From the NCBI RefSeq assembly GCF_009834535.1, contig NC_045696.1, positions 32,428,001 through 32,492,000 of the forward strand: 64,000 bases of DNA. The letters run 5' to 3'. The stretch's first letter is position 1. Every line of letters begins with the position of its first letter. Source of the stretch: Camelus ferus. Lineage: Eukaryota. Below are positions 27,871-39,864 of this stretch, piece by piece. The notes beneath the pieces are model-generated. The model was given only the letters and a program-made list of their open reading frames with translations. It was not told the origin of the DNA and did no database searches. The position numbers were made by a program, and so were the translations under genes.

Positions 27871-29088
27871 TAATGGGGAAAGTATGGTCTTCTCAACAAA
27901 TGGGGGGAAGGGTATAGTTCAGTGGTAGAGTGTGTGCGTAACATGCATGAGGTCCTGAGTTGAATCCTCAGTACCTCCATTAAATAAATAAATAAACCTA
28001 ATTACCTCCCCTGTCAAAAAAAATTAAGAAAAAAATAAATAGATGAATAAAAACTTAATTACCCCCCCAAAAGACAAGAAAACAAAACAAAATGTAATAA
28101 AAACAACAAATGGAGCTGGGAAACTGGATATCCACTTGCCAAAGGATGAAGTTGGACCCTTACATTATGCCATATACAAACATTTATTCAAAATGGATCA
28201 AAGACCTAAACATGTAGAACTGTAACACTTTCAGAAGAAAATATGGAAAACCTCATGACATTGGATTTGGCAATGATTTCTTGCATATGATACCAAAACT
28301 CAGACAACAAAAAATAGATAAATTGAACTTCATTAAAATTAAAAACTTTTATACATCAAAAGATACTATCAAGAAAATGAAAAGACAATCCCTAGAGCAT
28401 GTTTTTTCAAAGCATATGTCTGATAAATAATATCCAGAATATGTAAAGAACTCCTACAATTCAACAACAAAAAACAAACAATCCAATTTAAAACTGAACA
28501 AAGGACTTGAATAGACATTTCTCTAAGGAAGATATACAAATGGCCAATAAGCACATGGAATGCTAAATATCACAAACCATTAGGGAAATGTAAATCAAAA
28601 CCAAAATGAGATACCACCTCACATGCATTAGAGATGGCTATTATAAAAAAACAAAAACAAAAACCAGCAAATACCAAATTTTGGTGAAGATAATGAGAAA
28701 TTGGAATCCTTGTGCATTGCTGTGGAAAGCAGTTTGGCAATTCCTCAGAAAACTAAATATTGAGTTACCATATAATCCAGCAGTTCCACTTCTAGGCATG
28801 TACCCAAAATAATTAAAAGTGGAGGCTCAAAGAGATACTTGCACACCAATGTTCATGGCAGCATTATTCACGATAACTGAAAGAAGTAAACAACCCAAAT
28901 GCCTATCAGCTGTTGAATGGATAAACAAAATGTATTGTGTACATACAATGGAATATTATTCAGCTTTAAAAAATGGAGGAGATTCTGACACATGTTACAA
29001 CATGATGAACCTTGAAAACATTATGCTAAGTGAAATAAATCAGAAACAAAAGTCAAATATTGTACAATTACCCTTAAATGAGGTAACT
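27871..29088 (+). mobile_element. Old L1 (L1MB/L1M-like) ORF2 3' part and start of 3' UTR, interrupted by a SINE and 3'-truncated
   Basis: ORF fragments 28606-28812 (MRYHLT...AVWQFLRKLNIELPYNPAVPLLGMYPK) and 28819-29097 (DTCTPMFMAALFTI...KQPKC...EWINKM...TMEYYSALK...MNLENIMLSEI) are L1 ORF2 C-terminus. The element stops at aaatgaggtaac with no poly(A). Confidence 0.9.
27904..28103 (+). mobile_element. Camelid tRNA-derived SINE (vic-1 type) nested in L1
   Basis: Head ggggaagggtatagttcagtggtagag (A box) ... gtcctgagttgaatcc (degenerate B box); tail aaataaataaacctaattacctcccc present in two copies; perfect 10-bp TSD caacaaatgg at 27894-27903 and 28104-28113. Confidence 0.9.
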
Positions 29089-29689
29089 TTCTCCTAAGAT
29101 GTTACAATTGGAATCCAAGTGTCTGAGCTAATACCTTTAAGGAAACACCTTCATCCTCTCCCCTGACTGTCTACATTGACCAAACACAAAGGAAAAACGG
29201 AGCCTTCAGAGGAGAGAGATCCCTGAGATCTTGGGAAGCAGGATCAAGTTCCCTGTGACAGAAAGAAACTTTAAATCAGGGAAATGAGTTTAGGGAGGTA
29301 GGCCTCCACCCTTATGCCCGGAAATGCTCAGATGCAGAGAAGAGGGTTTGGCATGACACTGCTTTGATGTCTATGTTGCTGTAGGGCCAGGTGGGACTTA
29401 GAGTGGCCCTGAGCTCCAGGCTTGTCTTGGCAGCCATCAGCACTTTCTATTTCCCCAAATGCACTGTACAAGTAATCACTTCTCCTTGAGCTATAAGCAG
29501 AGCAAAGTGTGAACTATTGTCTAGAATCTGAATGTCATCCCCCAGCCTCAGCCCAAGTGATGGTCTGTCCTAGTTGGCCTACAATTGTTTGCCTTGTTAG
29601 AAATGGAACATTCCACAGAATTCCATGTGGTTAGATGTGACTCATAGAATACTGGCAGCCTGAGGCAGAGTGACCATGCCTCCCGAGCT

Positions 29690-31485
29690 GTGGAGGGCCT
29701 GCTGACTGCCTCAAAAATATGTTCCCAGCTTGTTTTGGAGCCTCATGCAGGACTGTGCTGATGTTGTCAACGCTTGAGACAAGTCTGAATTCTCTGGGAG
29801 ACTCTGGTATGTACTGCTATGGTGATCTTTATATTAAGGAACTGACATGCTTCAAAATAAAAATGCTTCTCAAAAGATTTTCTGCCTGGGTAGAAGTATC
29901 AAAAAGCCAGTGAGAAGATTGGACTAATTACACAAGCCCGTGAAGCCCTCAAGCTGCCTGTGGTGGGAGCCAGCACCACCACCTGAAGTTATGAGTGCTG
30001 TATTTGGCATCACTTTATAAAAATCTAAACAGGTCTTCACTTTAAGACACAGGAGACTTTCTCAAAAAAGGACAGAAAAGTGAGTCCCTGAACTTTCATT
30101 TCATAGACTGATGATGGCTTACCTTTAAGGGCAGACAAAATCATTCAAAGATGCATCAAAGTTTCCCCAGCACCAAGTGACTAATGAAAAAAGCATCTTG
30201 AAAGCTTTTCAGAACAACGTAGAGCAACTTTAGTAGAAAATAATGGAGAATTCAGACGTCAATACTCATCATAAGGGAAGTCTATTGCTGCTTGCTCAAG
30301 AAACTGGAGGACGGAAGCAGAGAGTGCAGAAAATGAAGGAACAGAAAGAAATGTTTGAAAACTCAAAATGTGTGAGACAAGCAGGTCATGAATGGTAGCA
30401 AGACTGAAAAATCTTGGACTGAAGCCATGCTGAATATCCTAAGTTCGCCTTGATCTCTTTTGAGAGGATCTTGTGGATGGCAAATTGGAATTAGAGGAAA
30501 AGAGTAAATCAGAAGATGGAGATCACCTGGAATAAGTCAGGATTCGTTTTGAAGAAACTTATTATATTTTTCAGGGTCTCCTTTAAAAACAAACAGACAA
30601 ACAAAAACAAAAAAACAAGAAACATCCAGAAAATTAGGTGAAGAAAATCAAAAGAATGAAGAGTTTATAGGAGAAAGAAGTCTCCAAACTGAGCAAGTAT
30701 CTTAAATCTGAAAATACTCAGCTTGAATGTGAGGTTAGAAGCTTAAGATGAATGACAAATACTCCTGAAATACCTCAAGAACATGGATTGCAACTTCAGA
30801 GAAAATCAATTGAGGAAGAAATTCACTGCTTAGAGATTGAGAAAGTGTATGGAAATGTGAACTGCACATATTAGAAGGGGAACTTCTACAGGAAGATGGC
30901 CATAGCCATAGACAAAGAATTGGAAAGAACCATGTTGTTCTATCAAAACCAGACACTTTTCTCTGAGAAAAGAGTTTAAGAAACTTGGATGGCAGTTCTG
31001 TTGACTGAGAGAAAGCTCAAGAAACACAAAAAAGAAAATGATTACGACAGACTAATGCTAGTAAAACACAAGTTTAAGTTTCAGCCTTTTCCAAGTGACC
31101 TGTTTGCTCCTACTGTTCCCAAGCAGCCCACAGAGACCCGCAAGTATCAGAGATCCCCTGGATAATCAGGCCCCCCAGGAAGAAGAAGGGTCACTCACAC
31201 TGGAAAGGCTCAAGGATTCAGGGTCACATGCCCGTTTAGTTCAACTTTCACAGCAGGGAAATTTGGACGGCCACAATGATAGCATGATATTTGCCTGTGT
31301 TTTCTCTCTTGAAAAATGCTTTTGGTTTATATCTTTAGTTTCACTGTGGTTATTTAGTTGATGTTACAATCACCCTTATTGAGTTTTGATAGTAGTATAG
31401 TAATACCTAAGATAGTATTTTTCAAATACATATGTTTATTATAATTCTGTGATTCCATTATTTCCACTTCATTGGACCTTCTAGA
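29690..31485 (+). pseudogene. CTAGE5: Processed (intronless) pseudogene of the cTAGE family, CTAGE5/MIA2-derived
   Basis: Manual translations are colinear with CTAGE5 as I recall it: start context gagctGTGgagggc (ATG>GTG at 29690); WETLVCTAMV ~ WELVICAAVV; KNLNRS ~ EKLNRS; KSFKDASKFPQHQVTNEKSILKAFQNNVEQL**...LLAQETGGRKQRVQKMKEQKEMFENSK ~ [31 protein letters not shown]...[44 protein letters not shown] ~ DDNLELEMNSESENGAYL; LKKLI; LQTEQ..SENTQ; from 30764 QEHGLQLQRK..EE..CLE..YRKMA...ELERT...YQNQ...EKR...W....ERKL...KEN ~ QENEMKLHRK..EE..RLE..YRKRA...ELERT...YQGQ...EKK...W....ERNL...KEN; DPLDNQ ~ NPLDHQ; then a CTAGE5-like 3' UTR (gatagtatttttcaaatac). Many stops (e.g. 30872, 30977) and frameshifts; no introns. 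Confidence 0.9.
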
Positions 31486-32375
31486 ATTAGATAGTAAAAG
31501 TATTACACTTATATTTACATTAAAGAACAACTTATTTCAACCATCATTGAAGTTTGACAGGGATAGAGACATTTAAGACAATAAAGACCATTTCTATTAA
31601 GAACAGCAACAATACACAAAACAAAGAAGATGGCACTATGTGAGTACAAACAACAAACCAATCTATTTGGATCCTTAACCATACATTACAAACAAGTTCT
31701 ACCCTCCATGGAATTAGCCACTAATGATTACAGAAAATGGTAGCATTTTGCCCCAATAATTGTAGGTAGATTTTTTTAAATTAATTTATAAGTTCAGTTG
31801 CTACTACATTTATGCTCCTTTTATACAGCTACACTAATATTTGAAAGGACATCAAACTCAATAGGTTTACTCATACTATTTATTGGTCATCTCCTTTATA
31901 GATTTTTGTCTTGAGATTTTTTTTTTAATTCTATATAGGATATTCTCCATATTTTACCTTTTTGTGGGTCACAAAAGAATATTTTTCTTAATAAAAATTT
32001 GAAGCAGCTAATAAAAAAAAAACAAACCATCAACTTGTTATTAAACTTATGAACTAGGAGGGCTGACCAAAGCAGTGAAATAGAATGTCAGAACAAACTG
32101 TGACTTTGCAATTCGAGCCCAGGAGCGCACCAGAGGTCCTGCTCCAGACCAATTTATCTTAAAATGTGCAGTCTTTCAAGTAATACTTCAAGATGCCAAT
32201 GCCTGTACTAGGAGCTATGATCAAAAACTGTAAATCTTTTTGTCACCATGAATTGTACAAAGCAATCAATCTCAATCCCCTGGGACAAGAACTTTGCAAA
32301 AAAATAAGAAGAAATTGTTTCACCCATCCTGAAGGACTGGTAAATCATTTTCAAAATGGTGTCTTATCTAATGTC

Positions 32376-32436
32376 TATACATATATATATACATATATAT
32401 ATATACATATACACACACACAGACATACATGTATGT
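32376..32436. repeat. (TA)n(CA)n microsatellite
   Basis: Direct reading. Confidence 0.85.
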
Positions 32437-34811
32437 AAAACCTATTTTGACAATGTAATGAATAATTTAATGATTTGCTAGGAACCATGTTTTCAGCATC
32501 ACTAGTATCTCACATTAAACATACTTGAAAGGCTAGGATGAAGCTTTACTGTTTGAGATGTTTTTGCTATGAACTAGTAGTTTTTCTGTGTTTGATTTTC
32601 AGAGGTTCTAAGTTTCAAGAAAAGATGTATGAATTTCTTTCTTTTGGGGGGGTATATTCTAAAGTCCTACTAGATCTTTAACTGCCTACCTCATGCCAAT
32701 TTTATACTGCATAAGTTGTTTCTCTGTGAATTCAATGACACTGTATTCTTTAAAATTTAAAGATATGGTTCTTCACTGCATATCAAACAGTGAAACTGAG
32801 TGGAAAGTGCATTGGACGAAATAATTCAGTGGGATCCTCATGTGTTAATATTCACACCTTCTTTCTCAAAGGCAGTTCTGCTTGTACCTAATTTCTCTGT
32901 AGCTATGCTATACACCAGTATAGCTGTACATTTTTCTTGTAACACTTTTATGGAAAAACAAACAAAATCTTAGCCATCTGAGTTAGTAAGGATCTCTTAT
33001 CTCTTCTGACATGCAGTTTGCATATAACATAATATAGAAACATTAGGAGAGATCTTATTCTTGATAAGGCACATTTTCTAGCTTTGACAACAGGATGCAT
33101 ACTAGAAGCATTTTTTAAAAACATAACCAACTTAGATATCATTAAACCTTCAAACGCATACATGTCCGTTTATTTCTGGGGATATATATATTTTGACATG
33201 GAGACATAATCTTGGTTTTTAGATTTCTAACTTTTAGAACACTAAATAAGCAAAGCGTTTCTTATTATGCTCTTATCTACCCAAAGCTGTCATATGTGGT
33301 TAGCTGAAGAGTGCTGAGGACAAAGGCTGTGTTGATATGACATGCTAAAAATGCATTCAATTTTTAAAAAAAATCAATAAATATTGTACTTTTTGTCAGG
33401 TTGTATAACTGAATTATATATTATGTAAAAACTAATCAAATGTTCAAAAACTGGCCTACACCAGTTGAGGTGTAAAAATGGCATGGAATTTTATGTGTAA
33501 AGGGAAATTAAATTAACAACTATATTTATGGCTTATGTGTAATATATACTTTATATACTTTATATATGAATATATGACATGCATATTTAAAGTGCAAATG
33601 TAAGTAATCAGATTTAAAGTTATAGATTGCACCTTTATTGTGCTAGTTTTGCATTCTTTAATTTAGCTTGTAAGTTTGATTTTACCTTGGAATTTTAAAC
33701 TTGGGAAAGATTCAAGAATTTATTTTGGAAATTTTACATGTGGTCAACAGGCCATTTTGCCCTTTCCCCTCTCTTCATTCAGCACAGCAGTCTTGCTCTG
33801 TAAGATGCCTGTCTTTTCCATTTCATTCTATCTTCTGGCTCTTGGAACCTAATGATAATTTTAGTGATTAAATAAAGATTTGTATATTGCATATGTGTGT
33901 GTACTTTCTATCTTCCTTACAAGAAATAGTAAGTTATCAAGAGGTGAGGTGATTGGAAAAGAATAAAGGAAAAGAGTTAGGAAGGGCATTTCCATAGCGT
34001 ATGCTAGAAACCATGTGCAATGATTATAAGAACTAACTGGTTTTTTTGGAATTGTTATTCAATTGCCCTGAATTTTCTGTAAACTATAAATTTCTGTAAA
34101 TTTTAGAGGAAAAAATCAATCTTCAAGACAAAGCTAAATGAATTTTAATTTTTAATTCTGTTTTGAAACCCATCTGCTTGAGTTGAATAATTCTAAAATA
34201 TAAAAATACCAATAAATTTGGGGACATCTGCATAGAGTAGATGTCAATGGCTTTTTCTTTATATTGTCCTGAGATTATACTAATATAAGCTTTTTTATGT
34301 ACAAAATTTGCTATCAGGCACTAAGCTTGTTTGCTTACTTTGAATAAAATCTTTAATAAATTTCAGCTCTTTTAAAGTTTGTTACTGCCAAAAATCAAAG
34401 TGGGAGAAAATGGTTTTGACAAATTTTGGAGTTGTAAAAAAGTTTAGCAGTTTACACGGGTCTTTTCATGTTAAAGTTGTATTATATGTGATAGATATAA
34501 TGGGTGTATTGGACACTGGACATACGCTTCTGTCATGACAAATTAGCAGAAAGTAATAACGACTTTTAAGAAATAGCCAACTGTTGGATAAAGTGCAACT
34601 TTTCAGACATCGTCAGTAGTTAAACACATAATGTTAAAGAACTTGAGAGACAACTTTTTGAGTTGTGTTGCAACTGGTCACTCTGAAAGATCTACCAGAA
34701 TATAGCATCCATTTAGAACATCTTTATGTATTTTTTATTTAAAATCTCTTTATTTCTTTATACTACAGGGGTTTTGGTAGCCTGACATAGTATTACTGAC
34801 TGATAATAATA

Positions 34812-35037
34812 CAGATAACTTAATTGAGTCAATACTCTGTTCCTGACACTGTGCTAAGAGATTTACATCATGTTTCATTTTCTCTTCATGGTACAGCCAT
34901 TATTATCTGGGTACTGCAGTGGGAGAGATTGGGAGCTTGAGACTAGAACTAACCAACCATGGTACCCTCTACAGGTGGAAGGGCACCGTGAGCTCCAGTT
35001 AGCCAAATTTCACATCTTAATATCTCTGTGGTACTGC
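34812..35037 (-). mobile_element. MIR SINE
   Basis: ttaattgagtcaatactctgttcctgacactgtgctaag... is an antisense MIR 3' end. Confidence 0.6.
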
Positions 35038-35689
35038 TTTTCTGACTCAAATTCCTTAACAAATTCAATAATTTATATATAGATTTAGATATAAATATAT
35101 TCACTCAATGTTAGCCTGGCACAAATTTAATTATGAAACTAACTTCCTTCATAAATTGAAAAGCCTTTTCTGAGCTAGCACTTATTAAAAGCTCCTACAT
35201 TTTCAAATAGAATGAAATTGTACCTCCCTGACCTCTAAATTTCTCTATATATGGAACATTGCATAATAGATAAGTGCTTGATTTTGCAGGACCATTCAAG
35301 AGATACTTTTCTATTTATTTCACTAAATGTGTATTAAGCTTTATTGCTGTATTGATTATGCAAATATACCTACTTGGATTGTGTCTTCTAATTTCCTCTC
35401 TAAAGGTATTTCCCTTTAAACTTTATCATTGCCTTTGCTTTGGAGAAGAGGTAATACCAGAAGCATATGCTTTTTTTCTCAACTTCTAGAAGAGTATAAC
35501 TGAAGCTTATAAGGTTTTACTCTGGGAAACGGAGACGGGAAAGTGGACTTTCCCTGAAATTTAATTATAGTCAGCATCATATTAAGTCCTTCCTGGGGAT
35601 CAACTAAAATGATGTTGAAGTAGAATTGTAATGAATTTCAGAATTGAGAATTTTGCCAGGTTGTTGAGGGGAGAAATGGTATAGGGATG

Positions 35690-36060
35690 TAGACAGATGC
35701 CACATTGTAAAGAGATTTTATGCTATACCAGGACATTTGGACTTTCCATTATAGGTGATAATGAATCACCAAGGAAGTGAAATGGAAGAGTGATATGATC
35801 AGATGTAAATTTTACAGGTCTACTTTGGGAAGCATGGCAGATGATATTGGAGAGAGAAGAGAATAGAGATAGGGAGACTTTTTCATAGACTGTTGCCTTA
35901 AACTGGGTTAAGTTGATAAAGACCACAGAGAAGACTCTAACATTAAATGCAGACATATTTACAAAATTGCACTGAGTGAACCTCATGACTAAATGGGCAG
36001 GTTACAGATATGTTAGAAGTTAGTTGGCCACAAAATTTCTATCGGAGACAATTATATTTC
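35690..36060 (-). mobile_element. L2 LINE fragment
   Basis: ggacatttggacttt...gtgatatgatcagatgtaaattttacagg-tctactttgg, antisense L2. Confidence 0.65.
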
Positions 36061-37664
36061 AGCAAAAACATCAAGAATTGATGGCAGATTTGAGAGTGGA
36101 AAATGTGTAGATATTAACACCCTGTTCCGTTCTCTGAACAGTTTTGCATACAAGTTCTACACTCCAGACATCCTCTGAGTACTCCCTGTAGTTACTCATT
36201 TTCTCCTTTCAGCATGCTAACTCCTTCTTTTTACATCCTCCCTGGTTTAATCATCGTACTTGATATGTAAGGGGAGAAGGACAAGAAGGAACACATGCTA
36301 CCAAGTTTGATCCAGCAGTAAAAGAAGTAGAACAGAGCTATTCCAAATTATGTTCTCGTTTCAAACTCCAGTTAAAATAATTAAATACACAACTGTGTGC
36401 GTTCATATGCATACCGCCCCTGAGGCCCATCATACCCCATGATTTGTGAATTTTAATTCTCACCAAATGACTTTTAAAGAATGGTTATGTTTATTTGAGA
36501 GCCATACTAAACAAATCTAGTGTTCTTCTAGCATTAGGGAAACTTCTAGGTAAATGTATTCTTGAGCATTGTATCTGATTTCACACTCATTTCAATTTTA
36601 CATGTATCTCTTCTTTTTTTAAAAAAAAATCACTACATGTTGAGTTTTCTCATACAGCACACTTTCCAAACATATTTGCCATTTTGGGGTAATTTACATA
36701 TGTACTATTATTGGATCACCTTCATAATTTTCTCTTTTCTATTTTAATCAAGGACTATTTCTAATGGATTTTGCCTTAAAAAAGAATTAGGTAAAACAAA
36801 GTAGTAAAACTATCTGATGTCAGATTTTGCAAATTGGTTAACAACAGTTAACTCCATTGAGAACAAGTTATTTTAAGCAACAGCCAAGTTATCCCCTGAA
36901 AAGAACCATCAGATTGAAGGAGGAAAAAAATGTTTTAGAGATATTGAAGTACATCATGAATTAAAGCTCTTTGTGGTGATAGTTACAGAAAAGAAACAAG
37001 TGTACAGGAGAAATATAATGATCCTGATGAAGAAGAGTATAAATTATGAAAGGAAACAGGCAGAACCACAAAGGAAGAACAGCCTCAGACACCAGATCTG
37101 GTGACCCACCTGAGGGCTGGTGGTGTAGTCTACTTCTAATTGCAGGCAGAACTGTGCAAGCAAATAGCTTTCTCATCTGCAATCCCATGCAAAGGATGCA
37201 GAGGTGTCCTTTTTCTGTACAAAGGATAAGTGTTCAAGCCATACTTTGACAAGGGCACCCTGAAGTACATAATGCATTCTGCCCTTGAAAACATGTTACT
37301 GTAGGTTATATATAGTTTGACATGGTACCAAGAAGACATGCTGTTATAAACTGATCTATTGTATGGTGGCTGATAGAGTGAAAAAGCAATATGATTTAGA
37401 AAGGAGGTTACTCTAGGGGTCTTATTAGAGTATATAAAGGCTTAGGAAGGGAACACAAGACGAGGGAAAGATGAATTTGTGCTGAGCTGCAGTAGGATTC
37501 ATGAGCATGACTGGAAATCCCAACGAAACGTGTGCTTCACCTGCTGTGTTAAATGTTCATAGAAACTTCAAAGTTTAGAACTTTGTAGTGCTGGTAACAT
37601 CAATAAAAGTTCAATATACTTTAGTGTGTTCAATTAGGTTCTTTGATTAAAATATACCTATTTA

Positions 37665-38148
37665 TTTGTTTTCATTCTTTTTCACCTTTAAGTTACTACA
37701 AGATATTGAATATAGTCCCCTGTGCTATATAGTATGAACCTGTGGTTTATCTATTATGTATATATTAGTTAATGTCTGCAAACCTCAAATTTCAAATTTA
37801 TCCCTTCCCACCTCTTCCCCACCAGCAACCATAAGTTTGTCTTCTACATCTGTGAGTCTGTTTCTGTTTTGTAAATAAGTTTGTCTTTTTTTTAGATTTG
37901 GCATATAAGTGGTATCATATGATAGTTTTCTTTTGAATATATGTATGTTCATGTATGACTGAAGCATTATACTGTACACCAGAAACTTACACAACATTGT
38001 AAACTGACTGTACTTCAATAAATATATACATATGTGTATATATAGAATGAAATAATGCCATTTGCAGAAAACATGGATGAACCTAGAGATGATCATACTA
38101 AGTGAAGTAAGTCAAAGACAAATATCATATGATATCACTCACTTATAC
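37665..38148. mobile_element. Rearranged L1 3' fragment (inverted and direct pieces) between TSDs
   Basis: 37665-37934 is antisense L1 3' UTR, 37935-38044 the sense 3' tip, and 38045-38148 the sense ORF2 end. Perfect 13-bp direct repeat atatacctattta at 37652-37664 and 38149-38161. Confidence 0.85.
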
Positions 38149-38297
38149 ATATACCTATTTAAACAAGGTGGTGGTGGTCATTCTTTTCTGAAAGAAACTC
38201 ATCACCAAATTGTGGATTATGATTTAAAAAATTACCAGTAACAAAAATATAGATTTCCATACTGAATGGTATCATAAAGGTAGTTTGGGTCCAATCT

Positions 38298-38496
38298 AAG
38301 TGGCGTATTGATAAATGCTTAACAGCTGGCTCTCTGGGGGCAAAAAGTCCTGATCTGCAGCATTTAACAACTTCTGTGATTAAAATACTCTAACTATAGC
38401 TGATTTCAAGATAATACATTGGCAGCACTGAACACAGAGTTTGGAGAAGTGATGCCTATAAGGGCTCTTATAGGAACTGGCTCCAGGACATCACGG
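38298..38496. mobile_element. MER63-like hAT MITE
   Basis: Ends agtggcgtattgataaatgcttaacagctggctctc and ggctccaggacatcacgg resemble the CAGTGGTGTGCTGG terminal inverted repeats. Confidence 0.65.
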
Positions 38497-39828
38497 AATT
38501 TAGATTAAAAGCATCATTTCAAGAAAGATATCATATCATGCATATCACAATTTTTTGTAAGAAGTTTACCAAAAAAAGGGAATTTTGAATCAGAAGAATT
38601 TTATTGAAATTGTGGTTTATTAAGTGAAAATCAGTAATACACAGTAGATAAACTCTAGAATTTTAGAACGAGCAAAGTTTTTAGAGGTAGAAAGTTGCAA
38701 ATCCAAACCATAAAATCAATTCTCTTCATGGCACATGATCAGTTTGTATTAAGACTGTAACTGAAGTCTTCTAGTCCCAAGCTAGTTCAATTTTCTATCT
38801 TGCTCTTGAGTGACCAATTTAATGGAAAAGGTATAATTAAATCAACCTGGTACAGTCTCTAATAAAGGGCAAGTGAAACTCTAGTGGAGAAGAGAAGTAT
38901 CCCTTCCTGCAAAATTATTCTGCTGTTGGAAATAAAAATAGGAACACACAATTAAGAACATGGGGTTGATAGTATGAAACTTGCTTAAGGCCACACAGTA
39001 CAGGTAGTTAGCAAAATGTACCACATTCTAATTATGTATAGCTTGAGAAAGGATAGTCATGTGTTTCAAACTGATGTGGGTTTTCATTACTGAAACACTG
39101 ATTTAAAAAAAATGTTTTTAAGTTTGTCATTTCAAGAAAACTTGGAAGTTTTTTGAGCTAACACAAATTTTCTTCATTGCTTTTTAGCAATAATTTTCTA
39201 TTTTTCTGTAGGTATATAATTTACATAGGCCCACATTCAGAAGCAAGTACATTTTCCTTAGTTTGCACATATGATTAAGGTGAAGAAATGTCCAGCTGTA
39301 AGAAAATGAAATGGGCAAGAATAGGGAAAGTGTGGATAGAGGGGCTTCTATTTCATTTATACATTTTGGTATGGAAACACAATTCTATGTTTCATGCATT
39401 TCGGTGCTGGCCAGGAGACTGGTAAGATATTTTGATAAATCAATTCACTTGTGAAATTAGTGAATTATCATAGCTGATCATATGATCTCCTTTAAGGCAA
39501 ACTTCTCTAACTGTAACAATCCACTGAGTAATTAACACCATGGTGAAATGATCTTCAGCAAAACCAAAGACTTCAACAAGAGTTAGCAAATAAACATTGT
39601 TGGGTAAAAACCTACTTAGGTAAATTCTTCATAAAGACGGAAAAAAGCAGACTTGAAAACATTAACACTTTACAGATATGAATGGTGGCCATTCAATGGT
39701 CAGGGCAACTATGTCATTTTGATCTGTCCAGTAAAATGTTTATTATATAAGTAAAACTAGAGTTAGGAGACAGTTCCCCTCAAAATTCTGAAGGATTTCA
39801 TGTTTTCTTTTCTCTCCTCTCTTTCCCG

Positions 39829-39863
<35 letters not shown>
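39829..39863. repeat. (TC)n microsatellite
   Basis: Direct reading. Confidence 0.9.

Positions 39864-39864
<1 letters not shown>

Noticed and set aside
27904..27978. tRNA-like sequence (A and B boxes)
   Set aside because: It is the head of a SINE with an AT-rich tail and TSDs, and the B box is degenerate; not a tRNA gene.
29719..31361. ORFs 29719-29913 and 31095-31361 as a functional cTAGE gene
   Set aside because: They are only partly in the ancestral frame; the start codon is mutated and many stops and frameshifts lie between them.
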